A stretch of 64,000 bases of DNA from an uncultured Bacteroidota bacterium (GTDB lineage Bacteria; Bacteroidota; Bacteroidia; AKYH767-A; JABDAW01): assembly GCA_903844645.1 (NCBI GenBank), contig CAIMUP010000013.1:1428-65427 (forward strand), read 5' to 3'. The translations under genes and the position numbers were made by a program. Shown here in pieces: positions 1 to 9,766 of this stretch. The notes under the pieces are model-generated. The model did not search any database, had not been told where the DNA came from, and saw only the letters and a list, made by a program, of their open reading frames with translations. Each line of letters begins with the position of its first letter. Position 1 is the first letter of the stretch.

Positions 1-1791
1 CACTTGTTCGGTTTCTTCTCGATATTTAATTCCGATGCTATCAATTCCGTGGAATTAATCAAAGGCGGAATGCCTGCACAATATGGTGGTCGGCTTGCCT
101 CGGTCTTGGATATTTCGATGAAGGAAGGCAACAATCAATCCTTCCATGTGGATGGAGGCATCGGGGTGATTGCATCGCGCCTCACCATCCAGGGACCTAT
201 CGAAAAGAACAAATGTTCGTTCATTATTTCTGCAAGACGGACTTATATTGATGTGCTTGCCGCACCGTTCATCAGCAATTCCTCGCCGTTCAAGGGGAGC
301 GGGTATTTCTTCTATGATTTGAATGCCAAACTGAATTATCAATTCTCGGATAAGGATAAACTTTTCGTCAGTGGGTACTTTGGTCGCGATGTATTTTCTT
401 ATAAGAATTCCGACAATGGTTTCTCTGTAGATATTCCATGGGGCAACACCACCGTTTCGGCTCGTTGGAATCATTTATTCAGCAATAAAGTCTTTATGAA
501 TACCTCGCTGATCTATACCGATTATCAATTCCAATCCAGCTTTACGGAGAGCCAGTTCCAGTTCAGTTTATCTTCCGGCATCCGCGACTTTAATGCCAAG
601 TGGGACTTGAATTATTACCCTAACCTTCGTCATAATATTAAATTCGGAGCGATTTATACCTTCCATATCTTCACCCCGAGTACCATCTCTGGGCAGTCGG
701 GTTCGGTGGTGTTTAATCCTGGCAAACTGCACCTGTATGCCCAAGAGCCTGCCCTGTATGTCAGCGATGATTACGACCTTACTGATAGGATTAAAATTCA
801 TGCAGGCTTGCGGTATTCCGCTTTCCAGCAGATAGGTCCTTATAATTTCTTCCTCCATGATAAAAACGGCTCCATCACGGATACGATTCACTATGCCGAC
901 ATGGCTAACGTAGCTTTTTATCAAGGGTTGGAGCCGCGCGTTTCCATCCGATATTCCATCAATAAAAAGTCATCCCTCAAAGCGGGATATACGATTAACG
1001 ACCAGTACATGCACCTCGTGTCGCTGTCCACGGTTACGCTGCCCACCGATGTTTGGATGCCTACTTCGCAGAAAGTGAAGCCCGAAATCGGTACGCAATA
1101 TTCGATGGGTTACTTCCGAAATTTCAAAAAGGAAACGTACGAAACATCGGTCGAGGTGTATTACAAGGAGATGAAGCACATGATTGATTATGCCGATGGC
1201 TCGACCTACGGCGATAGCTATCAGGACAACTTCGACAAGTCGTTCGTATTTGGCAAAGGATGGTCGTATGGCGTGGAATTATTCATCAAGAAAGACCTCG
1301 GCAAACTGACGGGCTGGATCGGATATACCCTCTCCTATACCAACCGCAACTTCCCTGATAACAACGATTCGATGACCTTCCCCGCGAAGTACGATCGCCG
1401 CCACGATTTATCAGTCGTCGCGAACTATGTTTTCAATGATCATTGGACGTTCTCCAGCCAATTTGTATATGCTACTGGCGATGCGCTGACGGTCGAAACG
1501 GGGCGGTATTTCATCGAAAACCGGATCATGCCGGAATACGGCGCGAGGAATAATTACCGCCTCGACCCATACCATCGCGCCGATGTTTCGGCGACTTATA
1601 TCCGCAAAAAGCATGAGAAATACCAATCGTCCTGGACGTTCTCGATCTACAATGTGTACAACCGCCACAATCCGTATTTCATCTACCCCTCTACGTATGG
1701 CAGCACGGTGTTGAATAACCTGAAATTAACCGAAAAGGAGGTTTCCTTATTCCCGATTCTGCCTTCCGTCACCTGGAATTTTAAGTTTTAA
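1..1791 (+). CDS. TonB-dependent outer-membrane receptor, C-terminal part (5' end lies outside the window)
   Basis: Plug-domain motif 'ELIKGGMPAQYGGRLASVLDI' near the start of the translated frame; long beta-strand-rich barrel region; C-terminus ends '...TWNFKF' with a terminal Phe, as in OM barrels. The frame is open to the window edge. Confidence 0.85.
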   Translation, partial: HLFGFFSIFNSDAINSVELIKGGMPAQYGGRLASVLDISMKEGNNQSFHVDGGIGVIASRLTIQGPIEKNKCSFIISARRTYIDVLAAPFISNSSPFKGSGYFFYDLNAKLNYQFSDKDKLFVSGYFGRDVFSYKNSDNGFSVDIPWGNTTVSARWNHLFSNKVFMNTSLIYTDYQFQSSFTESQFQFSLSSGIRDFNAKWDLNYYPNLRHNIKFGAIYTFHIFTPSTISGQSGSVVFNPGKLHLYAQEPALYVSDDYDLTDRIKIHAGLRYSAFQQIGPYNFFLHDKNGSITDTIHYADMANVAFYQGLEPRVSIRYSINKKSSLKAGYTINDQYMHLVSLSTVTLPTDVWMPTSQKVKPEIGTQYSMGYFRNFKKETYETSVEVYYKEMKHMIDYADGSTYGDSYQDNFDKSFVFGKGWSYGVELFIKKDLGKLTGWIGYTLSYTNRNFPDNNDSMTFPAKYDRRHDLSVVANYVFNDHWTFSSQFVYATGDALTVETGRYFIENRIMPEYGARNNYRLDPYHRADVSATYIRKKHEKYQSSWTFSIYNVYNRHNPYFIYPSTYGSTVLNNLKLTEKEVSLFPILPSVTWNFKF

Positions 1792-1855
1792 TGATGGAAA
1801 GGGAGATTTTGAATCATAAAATGGAGTTCAATAAGGGAATTAGTGCCGCGCAAAT

Positions 1856-2047
1856 GATTATTAGCGGAGCTCGAATAGGTATTAGAGGAGCTCAAATGGT
1901 TATTAGAGGAGCTCGAATAGGTATTAGAGGAGTTCGAATAGGTATTAGAGGAGTTCGAATAGGTATTAGAGGAGCTCTAATAGGTATTAGAGGAGCTCAA
2001 ATAGGTATTGGAAGAGCTCAAATAGGTATTAGAGGAGCTCAAATTCC
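1856..2047. repeat. 21-bp tandem repeat, about 9 copies (unit AGGTATTAGAGGAGCTCGAAT)
   Basis: Direct reading gives units at 1877+21k with single-base variants (ctcAaat, gTtcgaat, ctcTaat, ttgGaaG). The array fills the gap between the TonB receptor stop (TAA 1789-1791) and the next gene start (ATG 2078). Confidence 0.92.
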
Positions 2048-2077
2048 ATCAATTTGTATTAATAAATTAGCTGTATC

Positions 2078-2974
2078 ATGAAAAAACTACTCTTTCTCCT
2101 TGCCCTGATTCCATTCATCTTTATCGGTTGCGAGAAAGATATTGCCGTGAATTTCCCGCCGCCACCCGATTTATTGGTCATCGAAGGGCACATCGAGCCG
2201 GGCGGATTTGCCTACGTTCACGTTACGCGGAATGCCAATTATTTCGCCTCCACGAATACCGATTCGCTGTTGCAATACCTCGTTACGGATGCCATCGTGG
2301 TAGTTTCTGATGGGATATTAATGGATACTTTGAAACAGACATTCGCCCCGTATTTGGACCCTTATTTCCCTGCTCCGGTGATTTATCTGGGGCAATTAAT
2401 CATCGGGCAACCGAACCATACCTACACACTGAAAGTCATTGCCAACGGGCAAACAGTTACCGCCACGACCTCCATCCCCGGGCTTGTACCGCTCGATAGT
2501 ACCTGGTTTAAGGTGGAGAATAACCTCGACAGTTTGGGATATGTTTACGGACACATGCACGACCCCGATTCCTTGGGCAATGCCTACCGGTTTATGATCA
2601 AACGGATTGGGCATTTCTCCGATGGCAAGCAGAAGGATTTGGGATTTATTGCCGATGTGAATTCGGTATTTGATGATAAAGTAATTAATGGGCAGAGCTT
2701 TGATGGCGACTTCAACCGTCCACATCTGCCGCATGATACCTCGGTCGAGAATCACAATATCGAGAATGGATATTTCAAGAAAGGCGATACCATCGTCCTG
2801 AAATGGATGACCCTCGACCACGATCATTACAAGTTCTGGCAAACCGAAGGTATCGCCGCCAATGGCGCGGATAATCCCTTCGCCTCCCCGACCATTATCA
2901 AGAGTAATATCAAAGGCGGCTTAGGTATTTGGGGAGGCTATGGCACGACCTATGACACGATTATTGCGAAATAA
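2078..2974 (+). CDS. lipoprotein, DUF4249-like (TonB-receptor-associated)
   Basis: Signal peptide with lipobox 'IFIGC'; about 300 aa; lies immediately downstream of a TonB-dependent receptor, the usual DUF4249 context in Bacteroidota. The family assignment is from memory only. Confidence 0.45.
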   Translation: MKKLLFLLALIPFIFIGCEKDIAVNFPPPPDLLVIEGHIEPGGFAYVHVTRNANYFASTNTDSLLQYLVTDAIVVVSDGILMDTLKQTFAPYLDPYFPAPVIYLGQLIIGQPNHTYTLKVIANGQTVTATTSIPGLVPLDSTWFKVENNLDSLGYVYGHMHDPDSLGNAYRFMIKRIGHFSDGKQKDLGFIADVNSVFDDKVINGQSFDGDFNRPHLPHDTSVENHNIENGYFKKGDTIVLKWMTLDHDHYKFWQTEGIAANGADNPFASPTIIKSNIKGGLGIWGGYGTTYDTIIAK

Positions 2975-2983
2975 AAGATAACT

Positions 2984-3919
2984 ATGGAAGAAAAAGTAAA
3001 ATGTTTAATCATCGGCTCGGGTCCTGCGGGATATACAGCCGCTATTTATGCCGCCAGAGCCGATATGAAACCCGTGCTTTATCAGGGTTTGCAGCCTGGC
3101 GGTCAATTAACCATCACTACCGAAGTAGAGAACTATCCGGGCTACCCCAAGGGCACTATGGGTCCGGAGATGATGGAGGATTTCAAAGCCCAAGCCGAAC
3201 GATTCGGGACAGATATTCGATGGGGATATGCCACCTCGGTGGATTTCTCTGGTGCAGTTCATAAAGTTATTATTGATGAAACCACGACCATCTTCGCCGA
3301 TACGGTAATCATCGCAACCGGTGCTTCTGCCAAGTGGCTCGGATTGGAATCCGAACAACGACTGAATGGTTTCGGGGTATCGGCATGTGCCGTCTGCGAT
3401 GGTTTCTTTTTCAAGAAGCAAGATGTCGCCATCGTTGGTGCCGGAGATACCGCTGCCGAAGAAGCTACTTACCTCGCCAAGCTATGCAACAAGGTGTATA
3501 TGATTATTCGTCGTGATGAGATGCGAGCTTCCAAAGCCATGCAACATCGCGTGCAGAATACTGCCAACATCGAAATTATTTATAACTCCGAAACCAAAGA
3601 AATCCTTGGCGAGAAGACCGTAGAAGCCGTCTTGGTTTATGATATTAAGAACAAGGTAGAGCGGAAACTCGATGTTACTGGCTTCTTCGTCGCGATAGGT
3701 CATCAGCCCAACACCGATTTATTCAAAGGCATCCTCGACATGGATGAAAACGGCTATTTAATCACCATTCCCGGCACTACCAAAACCAATGTCGGAGGCA
3801 TTTTTGCTGCAGGCGATGTCGCTGACCATGTGTATCGCCAAGCCGTTACCGCAGCCGGAACCGGATGTATGGCAGCCATAGATGCCGAAAGATATTTAGC
3901 CGCCAAAGGCATCCATTAA
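2984..3919 (+). CDS. trxB: thioredoxin-disulfide reductase
   Basis: N-terminal FAD-binding 'IIGSGPAGYTAA', redox-active 'CAVCDG', a second dinucleotide site 'VAIVGAGDTAAEEA', and 311 aa, typical of low-Mr thioredoxin reductase. Confidence 0.9.
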   Translation: MEEKVKCLIIGSGPAGYTAAIYAARADMKPVLYQGLQPGGQLTITTEVENYPGYPKGTMGPEMMEDFKAQAERFGTDIRWGYATSVDFSGAVHKVIIDETTTIFADTVIIATGASAKWLGLESEQRLNGFGVSACAVCDGFFFKKQDVAIVGAGDTAAEEATYLAKLCNKVYMIIRRDEMRASKAMQHRVQNTANIEIIYNSETKEILGEKTVEAVLVYDIKNKVERKLDVTGFFVAIGHQPNTDLFKGILDMDENGYLITIPGTTKTNVGGIFAAGDVADHVYRQAVTAAGTGCMAAIDAERYLAAKGIH

Positions 3920-4043
3920 AAGGGGTAAAATAAATTTTGATTAGATAGCTCGCCTGCCGATCTCCTGAATGTTTTTTCTCATTACAAATTTCCTTTTCTT
4001 GTATTTTTTCGAGTTCCCCGAGGAATGAAATTTCTTTAATCGA

Positions 4044-4357
4044 GGCATTAGGAAAAAAAGCAGGGCATCAAATTACCCAATTTCATACCTTAAGTTTTTG
4101 CTCAAGGCATCACATTACCCGATGTGTGGGGTTGAGCAAAAACTTAATGCTTCACATCATCCAATTTGGAGGTATGGGAAAAAAAGTAATGCCCCACATT
4201 ACCCGATTTTGGGGTATGGCAAAAAACCTAATGCCCCACATTACCCAATGTGATGGTATGGCAAAAAACCTAATGCCCCACCTTACCCAATGCGGGGGTA
4301 TGAGCAAAAAAGTAGTGCCTCACATTACCTAATGTGGGGGTGTGATTTTCAATACAT
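4044..4357. repeat. 42-bp (2x21) tandem repeat, about 7 copies, each unit carrying a short hairpin (CCCCACATT-ACCC-AATGTGGGG type)
   Basis: The homologous 5-mer 'GGCAT/TGCNT' recurs at 4064, 4106, 4148, 4190, 4232, 4274 and 4316, exactly 42 bp apart; the ~4044 copy is only 20 bp upstream, i.e. partial. Units are degenerate but clearly homologous. The array lies in the convergent gap between trxB (+) and the symporter (-). Confidence 0.88.
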
Positions 4358-4551
4358 TCAAATATAAAATAAGAATCTCTAAAAATAGCCTCCAAGGTAG
4401 TGATCAAATAGAGCAATCAAAATAAAATAAAAAAATGATTAAATAAAATAATGAAAATTATGATAGACTTCGCAAAGTATTTTTTAATCCTTTTTATGAT
4501 AAATTCATTTACCGGGATAAATTGAAGCAATTTACCGAGGAAGGAGGTATT

Positions 4552-6069
4552 TTATAAACTCACTTTGGGATGAATTTTGTATTTTGCGATTAATAACAAG
4601 CCGATAAAAGTCAGCAGTCCGTTAATCATCAGCATCTCGAATCCGAATTGATAGGAGGTGAATAATTCTTTTGAATAAGTGTTCAGAAGGTAGCAAATTG
4701 TGGGCGGAAAAAGGGCGATGACAGGCACCAATTTATCCCTTACTTGCAGCTTCGTAAAGAGTCCGAAAACAAACAACCCGAGCAAGGGTCCGTAGGTATA
4801 ATTGGCGATGGTGAAGAGGTTATTCAGCACCGATTCTTTGATGGAGGTCTTGAAATAAACGATGACCAACAGCAAAATTATAGCGAAGCACAAATGCACC
4901 ACGCGGCGTACTTGCACTTGCTTCTTCTCGGTCCAGTTTTTTTCTCTGATACCGATAAAATCTATGCAGAAAGAGGTCGTCAAAGCGGTCAAAGCACCGT
5001 CAGCACTCGGGAAGGCTGCAGATATTAATCCGATAATGAAAAAAATACCGGAAACAGGTCCGAGAAAATGCAAGGCAATGGTCGGGAACAGGTCGTCTGA
5101 ATGCACCGGTATCGCAATGTTTTTCGCAGCAGCGAACAGGTAAAGCAATGCCCCCAAACAAAGGAACATAATGTTCACAAAGAAGAGAATAATACTGAAG
5201 GTGAACATGTTTTTTTGGGATTCTTTGAGGGTCTTGCACGAGATATTCTTTTGCATCATCTCTTGGTCTAAGCCCGTCATAGCGATAGCGATAAAAGCAC
5301 CGCCAAAGAAGTGCTTCAAGAAGAATTTTTTGTCGTTAAAATCAGTAACGAAGATGGCGGAATGCGGACGGTTTTTGATATTTGAAATCATATCGGTAAT
5401 GGAGAAGTTCAGTTCTTTCCCGATAAGATAAATCGTGATTACCACGGCTAATAACATGAAGGTTGTTTGCAAGGTATCTGTCCAAACAATCGTCTTTACG
5501 CCGCCCTGAAAGGTATAAAGTAAAATCAATACGATGAATGCCGCAACCGTTACTGTGAAAGGGATTCCCCACTCATCGAAAACGAATATCTGTAACACAT
5601 TAACCACAATATAAAGCCTGAATGACGCACCAATTACTCGCGAAAGCAGGAAGAAAAAAGCACCTGTTTTGTAACTGTATGCCCCGAAGCGTTGCAGTAG
5701 ATAGGAATAGATGGAAGTGAGGTTTAATCTATAATAAAGTGGCAGTAAGATGGTGGCGATAACAGCATACCCGACCATGTATCCTAAGACCATCTGGAAG
5801 TAAGCGAAGTGTTGCGGACCCACCCCTCCGGGTACCGACATAAAGGTTACACCGGATAGCGAAGCACCGATCATTCCGTAGGCTACCAGATACCATTTCG
5901 AGGACCTGTTGCCGATGAAGTAGGTTTCATTCGTGGCGTTGCGGCTGGTAAGATATGTGATGAGGAAAAGCACCGCAGAATACACCACCACGCAGGTTAA
6001 AAGTAAAGAAGGAGTCATTGTTTTTTTATAAGATGAGCAAAGAAACATAAAAGTATGGTAATTTTGCAA
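4552..6069 (-). CDS. sodium:solute symporter family transporter
   Basis: 505 aa, about 13 predicted transmembrane segments, glycine-rich helices typical of the SSF family. Confidence 0.7.
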   Translation of the reverse strand: MQNYHTFMFLCSSYKKTMTPSLLLTCVVVYSAVLFLITYLTSRNATNETYFIGNRSSKWYLVAYGMIGASLSGVTFMSVPGGVGPQHFAYFQMVLGYMVGYAVIATILLPLYYRLNLTSIYSYLLQRFGAYSYKTGAFFFLLSRVIGASFRLYIVVNVLQIFVFDEWGIPFTVTVAAFIVLILLYTFQGGVKTIVWTDTLQTTFMLLAVVITIYLIGKELNFSITDMISNIKNRPHSAIFVTDFNDKKFFLKHFFGGAFIAIAMTGLDQEMMQKNISCKTLKESQKNMFTFSIILFFVNIMFLCLGALLYLFAAAKNIAIPVHSDDLFPTIALHFLGPVSGIFFIIGLISAAFPSADGALTALTTSFCIDFIGIREKNWTEKKQVQVRRVVHLCFAIILLLVIVYFKTSIKESVLNNLFTIANYTYGPLLGLFVFGLFTKLQVRDKLVPVIALFPPTICYLLNTYSKELFTSYQFGFEMLMINGLLTFIGLLLIAKYKIHPKVSL

Positions 6070-6086
6070 CCTGAATCAAAGAAATC

Positions 6087-7532
6087 ATGATAGAAAAGAT
6101 AAAAGCATTTGAAGAAATAGCACGGCAACTGGAGCCGAATGCCCCTATTCGTAAGGGAGTCAGGAAGAAGGTGATAGATTATACAGAAGATTTTCTGGAT
6201 AACATTTATTCTCTGAAAGCCTACGAACAAACTGATGATCAAGGCAAAGGACTCTTCGATTCTCCCATTAATGATGTTACGATAGACATTGAGGAGGCGA
6301 TACAAATCATCTTCGAGAATGTGGATACGCAAGGATTGAATCCGGCTTCTGGCGGACATCTTGGGTATATCCCCGGTGGTGGCATCTATTATTCTGCTTT
6401 GGCAGATTATATGGCAGCTATTACCAATCGGTATGCAGGAATTTTCTTTGCCTCGCAAGGTGCGGTAAGGATGGAGAACCTGTTGATAAAATGGATGGCT
6501 AATATCGTAGGCTATGACGAAGCCGCAAGTGGAAACCTTACCACTGGCGGCAGCCTTGCCAATCTTATCGCGATAGTTACCGCCAGAGATGCCCATAATA
6601 TTAAAGCGAAAGACATCGAGAAAACCGTTATTTATTTGAGTGAGCAAGCACATCACAGCGTGGAGAAAGCCATCCGTATTGCGGGCATGAATGAATGCCA
6701 AAAACGCTTCCTTCCGATGGATGAAAGGTATCGTATCAAACCTGATGCTTTGGAAGAATATATCAAACAAGATCTATCCGATGGCTTGAAGCCCTGGTTG
6801 GTGATCGCTGCTGCCGGAACGACTGATGTTGGGGCGGTGGACCCCTTGGATAAGATAGGAACCATTGCCAATGAATACAACCTTTGGTTTCATGTGGATG
6901 GTGCTTATGGCGGCTTCTTCGCCTTGACCGATGAAGGTAAAACAATCCTCAAAGGCATCGAGAAATCTGACTCCGTAATCATGGATCCGCATAAAAGTTT
7001 GTTCCTGCCTTACGGGCTTGGCGTGGTCTTGATAAAGGACAAGAAACACCTCTACCATGCCCATCATTACTTCGCCAATTACATGCAAGACACCTTGAAA
7101 AATGCCGATGAATTATCCCCCGCAGACCTCTCGCCAGAACTTACCAAACACTACCGCAGCCTGCGATTGTGGCTCCCCCTGAAACTCCACGGCGTAGCCC
7201 CCTTCCGTGCCGCTTTGGAAGAGAAATTACTACTCGCAAAATACTTCTACGACAAGATAAAAACCACCAAAGGCTTCGAGGTATTGATAGCCCCGCAACT
7301 CTCCGTCATCATCTTCCGATACATCCCCAAAAGCGGCGATGCGAACGCCTTCAACGAACGCATCATTCAGGAAATTCACAAAGACGGACGCATCTTCTTT
7401 TCCTCCACCACCATCAACGGAAACTACATGCTGCGCCTCGCCATCCTCTCCTTCCGAACACACCTCGAAACGGTAGATTTAGCCCTCCAAATCATCAATG
7501 AAAAAGTAGCGTTATTAAACCTCAAACCTTAA
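6087..7532 (+). CDS. pyridoxal-phosphate-dependent group II decarboxylase (aromatic-L-amino-acid / glutamate decarboxylase family)
   Basis: 481 aa; PLP-lysine motif 'VIMDPHKSLFLPYGLG' (the S-x-H-K signature of group II decarboxylases); 'HVDGAYGG' region. Confidence 0.8.
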   Translation: MIEKIKAFEEIARQLEPNAPIRKGVRKKVIDYTEDFLDNIYSLKAYEQTDDQGKGLFDSPINDVTIDIEEAIQIIFENVDTQGLNPASGGHLGYIPGGGIYYSALADYMAAITNRYAGIFFASQGAVRMENLLIKWMANIVGYDEAASGNLTTGGSLANLIAIVTARDAHNIKAKDIEKTVIYLSEQAHHSVEKAIRIAGMNECQKRFLPMDERYRIKPDALEEYIKQDLSDGLKPWLVIAAAGTTDVGAVDPLDKIGTIANEYNLWFHVDGAYGGFFALTDEGKTILKGIEKSDSVIMDPHKSLFLPYGLGVVLIKDKKHLYHAHHYFANYMQDTLKNADELSPADLSPELTKHYRSLRLWLPLKLHGVAPFRAALEEKLLLAKYFYDKIKTTKGFEVLIAPQLSVIIFRYIPKSGDANAFNERIIQEIHKDGRIFFSSTTINGNYMLRLAILSFRTHLETVDLALQIINEKVALLNLKP

Positions 7533-7562
7533 AGCCTTTACATCTTCACGACCATTATTAAA

Positions 7563-7592
7563 TAAAAAAAAGTGGCATTTTTTTATGCCGCT
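7563..7592 (+). terminator. possible rho-independent terminator after the decarboxylase gene
   Basis: AAAAAAGTGGCATTTTTTTATGCCGCTTT: an imperfect GTGGCAT/ATGCCGC stem flanked by A and T runs. Confidence 0.35.
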
Positions 7593-7671
7593 TTATAAAT
7601 ATTTCTTTGATAGAAGTTGGTAAAGTGAGAAATTATTAGTAGTTTTGTGCGCTCAAATAAAAAACACATAG

Positions 7672-8652
7672 ATGAAAAACTCCCACCTACTCTTTTTCTT
7701 TTTTCTTTTTATAATCGGAAAGCCAATGATTGCGCAGAATCTTGTTCCGAACCCAAGTTTCGAGTTACATGATAGCTGCCCTGATAATGAAGACCAAATA
7801 CAAAGAGCAATAGGATGGTCTAAATACAGTAATATTGCTTCTACTCCTGATTATTATAATGCCTGTGATACTGGTGGACAGTTATGCGTGCCACCAGTTA
7901 ATGGGGGATTTACTCAATCATCAGCACATAGTGGTCATGCTTATGGAGCAGTTGTAACATTTGCTAAACAAATTCATAATTATCGTGAGTATATCGGTAT
8001 ACAATTATCTCAATCTTTAACTATTGGTCAGGATTATTTTCTCTCCTTTTATACAACCACTGGAGAAGTATGGGGTTTAGGAATGCCTTCAAATAATCTT
8101 GGTATTCGTTTATCAACTGTTGCTTTTAATCCAAATAATCCAACTCCAATTAATAATTATGCTCATTTATATTCTTCGGCAATTATTAGTGATACCATAA
8201 ACTGGGTACATGTTTCCGGAACAATAACAGCAGATTCGACTTATCATTATTTGGTAATTGGTAATTTCTTTACTGATAGCCTCACGGACACGATTTGCTG
8301 GCGACAGACAAATTCATTAGAATGTTATTATGCAGTTGACGATATTTGCATTACACCTGCTGCTGATTCAATGATATGTATGGAGTTCACTTCAGTTGAT
8401 GAAATAAAATTTCCCGAGGATATTAATGTATTTCCAAATCCGGCAACTGATTTTGTAAATATCGTTTTCGATGAAAATCAAGAAACGGAAATTATATTAT
8501 TTGATATGTTAGGGAATACGATTTACAAGAATCTAATTACAAATAAGAGCGCAAGATTATGTATATCTGCTATTCCGCGTGGATGTTATGAATTAAAAAT
8601 TACCAGCAAGAGAGATTATAAAACTTATATAAAAAAAATTGTTAAACTATAA
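7672..8652 (+). CDS. secreted protein with a T9SS (Por) C-terminal sorting domain
   Basis: N-terminal signal peptide 'LLFFFFLFIIGKPMIAQ'; C-terminal 'INVFPNPATDFVNIVF...GNTIYKN...GCYELKITS' matches the Por secretion tail. Confidence 0.7.
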   Translation: MKNSHLLFFFFLFIIGKPMIAQNLVPNPSFELHDSCPDNEDQIQRAIGWSKYSNIASTPDYYNACDTGGQLCVPPVNGGFTQSSAHSGHAYGAVVTFAKQIHNYREYIGIQLSQSLTIGQDYFLSFYTTTGEVWGLGMPSNNLGIRLSTVAFNPNNPTPINNYAHLYSSAIISDTINWVHVSGTITADSTYHYLVIGNFFTDSLTDTICWRQTNSLECYYAVDDICITPAADSMICMEFTSVDEIKFPEDINVFPNPATDFVNIVFDENQETEIILFDMLGNTIYKNLITNKSARLCISAIPRGCYELKITSKRDYKTYIKKIVKL

Positions 8653-8721
8653 AAAAATAAAATGAAAAACTATTGCTTTCGGTTTAGGAAAAATGCAGGG
8701 CGGTTTAGCTTTTATATTGAC

Positions 8722-8931
8722 CTGTTTAAAGTTTATGTCGGTCTGTTTAAAGTTTGTATCGGTCTGTTTAAAGTTTAAACAGGTCTGTTTAAAGTTTGTA
8801 TCGGTCTGTTTAAAGTTTAAACAGGTCTGTTTAAAGTTTAAACAGGTCTGTTTAAAGTTTGTATCGGTCTGTTTAAAGTTTAAACAGACCTGTTTAAAAT
8901 TTGTACAGACCTGTTTAAAAACTATATTGAC
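8722..8931. repeat. 21-bp tandem repeat, 10 copies, with alternating units CTGTTTAAAGTTTGTATCGGT and CTGTTTAAAGTTTAAACAGGT
   Basis: 'CTGTTTAAA' begins at 8722, 8743, 8764, ..., 8911, exactly 21 bp apart. The second unit type contains the 19-bp palindrome CTGTTTAAAgTTTAAACAG (GTTTAAAC core). Confidence 0.92.
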
Positions 8932-9076
8932 ATAGTAAAATGTTATTAATCATAGCATTTATGCTTTTCAGAGGGTAAAATATGCAATAATTACTAAAAA
9001 TAAATCTTCAGAAAATAGTTTAATCGGAATATTATCCCGTTCTTTGCCGCCGTAAAACCAATAAATACATATTAAA

Positions 9077-9712
9077 ATGTCTAACCTACTACCAGGCACA
9101 CCGATAAAAGCAAGTCGCAAATTCATGACTTTCGGAAGAGTAAAGCTTATTGCTGAATATGAATTAGTGAAAACGGGAATGACCAGTCCTGCCGGCATCG
9201 GTCATTATGCAAATCCTACGGTTGCATTCGCCACCATGGACCCTATCAAGCAGGCAATTACTGATGCCTATAACTTAAAAGATAAGGTAACGATGCGGGC
9301 AAGGATCAAGGATTTGAAAGATGACATGCGCAAGAACGCGACTTTTGCTGAAGAACATTGTAACAACGACCTCGCCACGTTGTTATTGAGCGGTTACAAA
9401 GAAGCTCAACAGGGTGGTGGTCCTGAAATAGCCATTGGCGGCACTACTAATTTGAAAGCTGGCGATACAGGAATTGTTGGCGAAATGAAAGGAACTTACA
9501 GAAGACCAGCTGGAACGAAACATGTCGAGGGATGGAGCAAGTTACACAGTGCTCCGGAAACTGCCTGGGCATTGACTGCTGTGACAGATGTCGGAGAAAT
9601 CTTCTGGACAGGCGTAGCGAAAGGTGTGGAAAACGATTACAAAGTTCGTAGTGGTGCCGGTCGCAGAAAAGGTGCATTCAGTTCGGTAGTTACCGAGATT
9701 TGCAGGTATTAA
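9077..9712 (+). CDS. hypothetical protein
   Basis: 211-aa ORF with no recognisable motifs; the start codon is uncertain. Confidence 0.4.
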   Translation: MSNLLPGTPIKASRKFMTFGRVKLIAEYELVKTGMTSPAGIGHYANPTVAFATMDPIKQAITDAYNLKDKVTMRARIKDLKDDMRKNATFAEEHCNNDLATLLLSGYKEAQQGGGPEIAIGGTTNLKAGDTGIVGEMKGTYRRPAGTKHVEGWSKLHSAPETAWALTAVTDVGEIFWTGVAKGVENDYKVRSGAGRRKGAFSSVVTEICRY

Positions 9713-9733
9713 TTTAAGAATTAAATAAACAGG

Positions 9734-9766
9734 AAAGCCTTCGAATTGCAACATTCGGGGGCTTTT
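9734..9766. terminator. bidirectional hairpin terminator between the convergent 9077-9712 ORF and acpH
   Basis: AAAGCCTTCGAAT-tgcaac-ATTCGGGGGCTTTTT, an imperfect stem followed by a T-run and preceded by an A-run. Confidence 0.45.
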
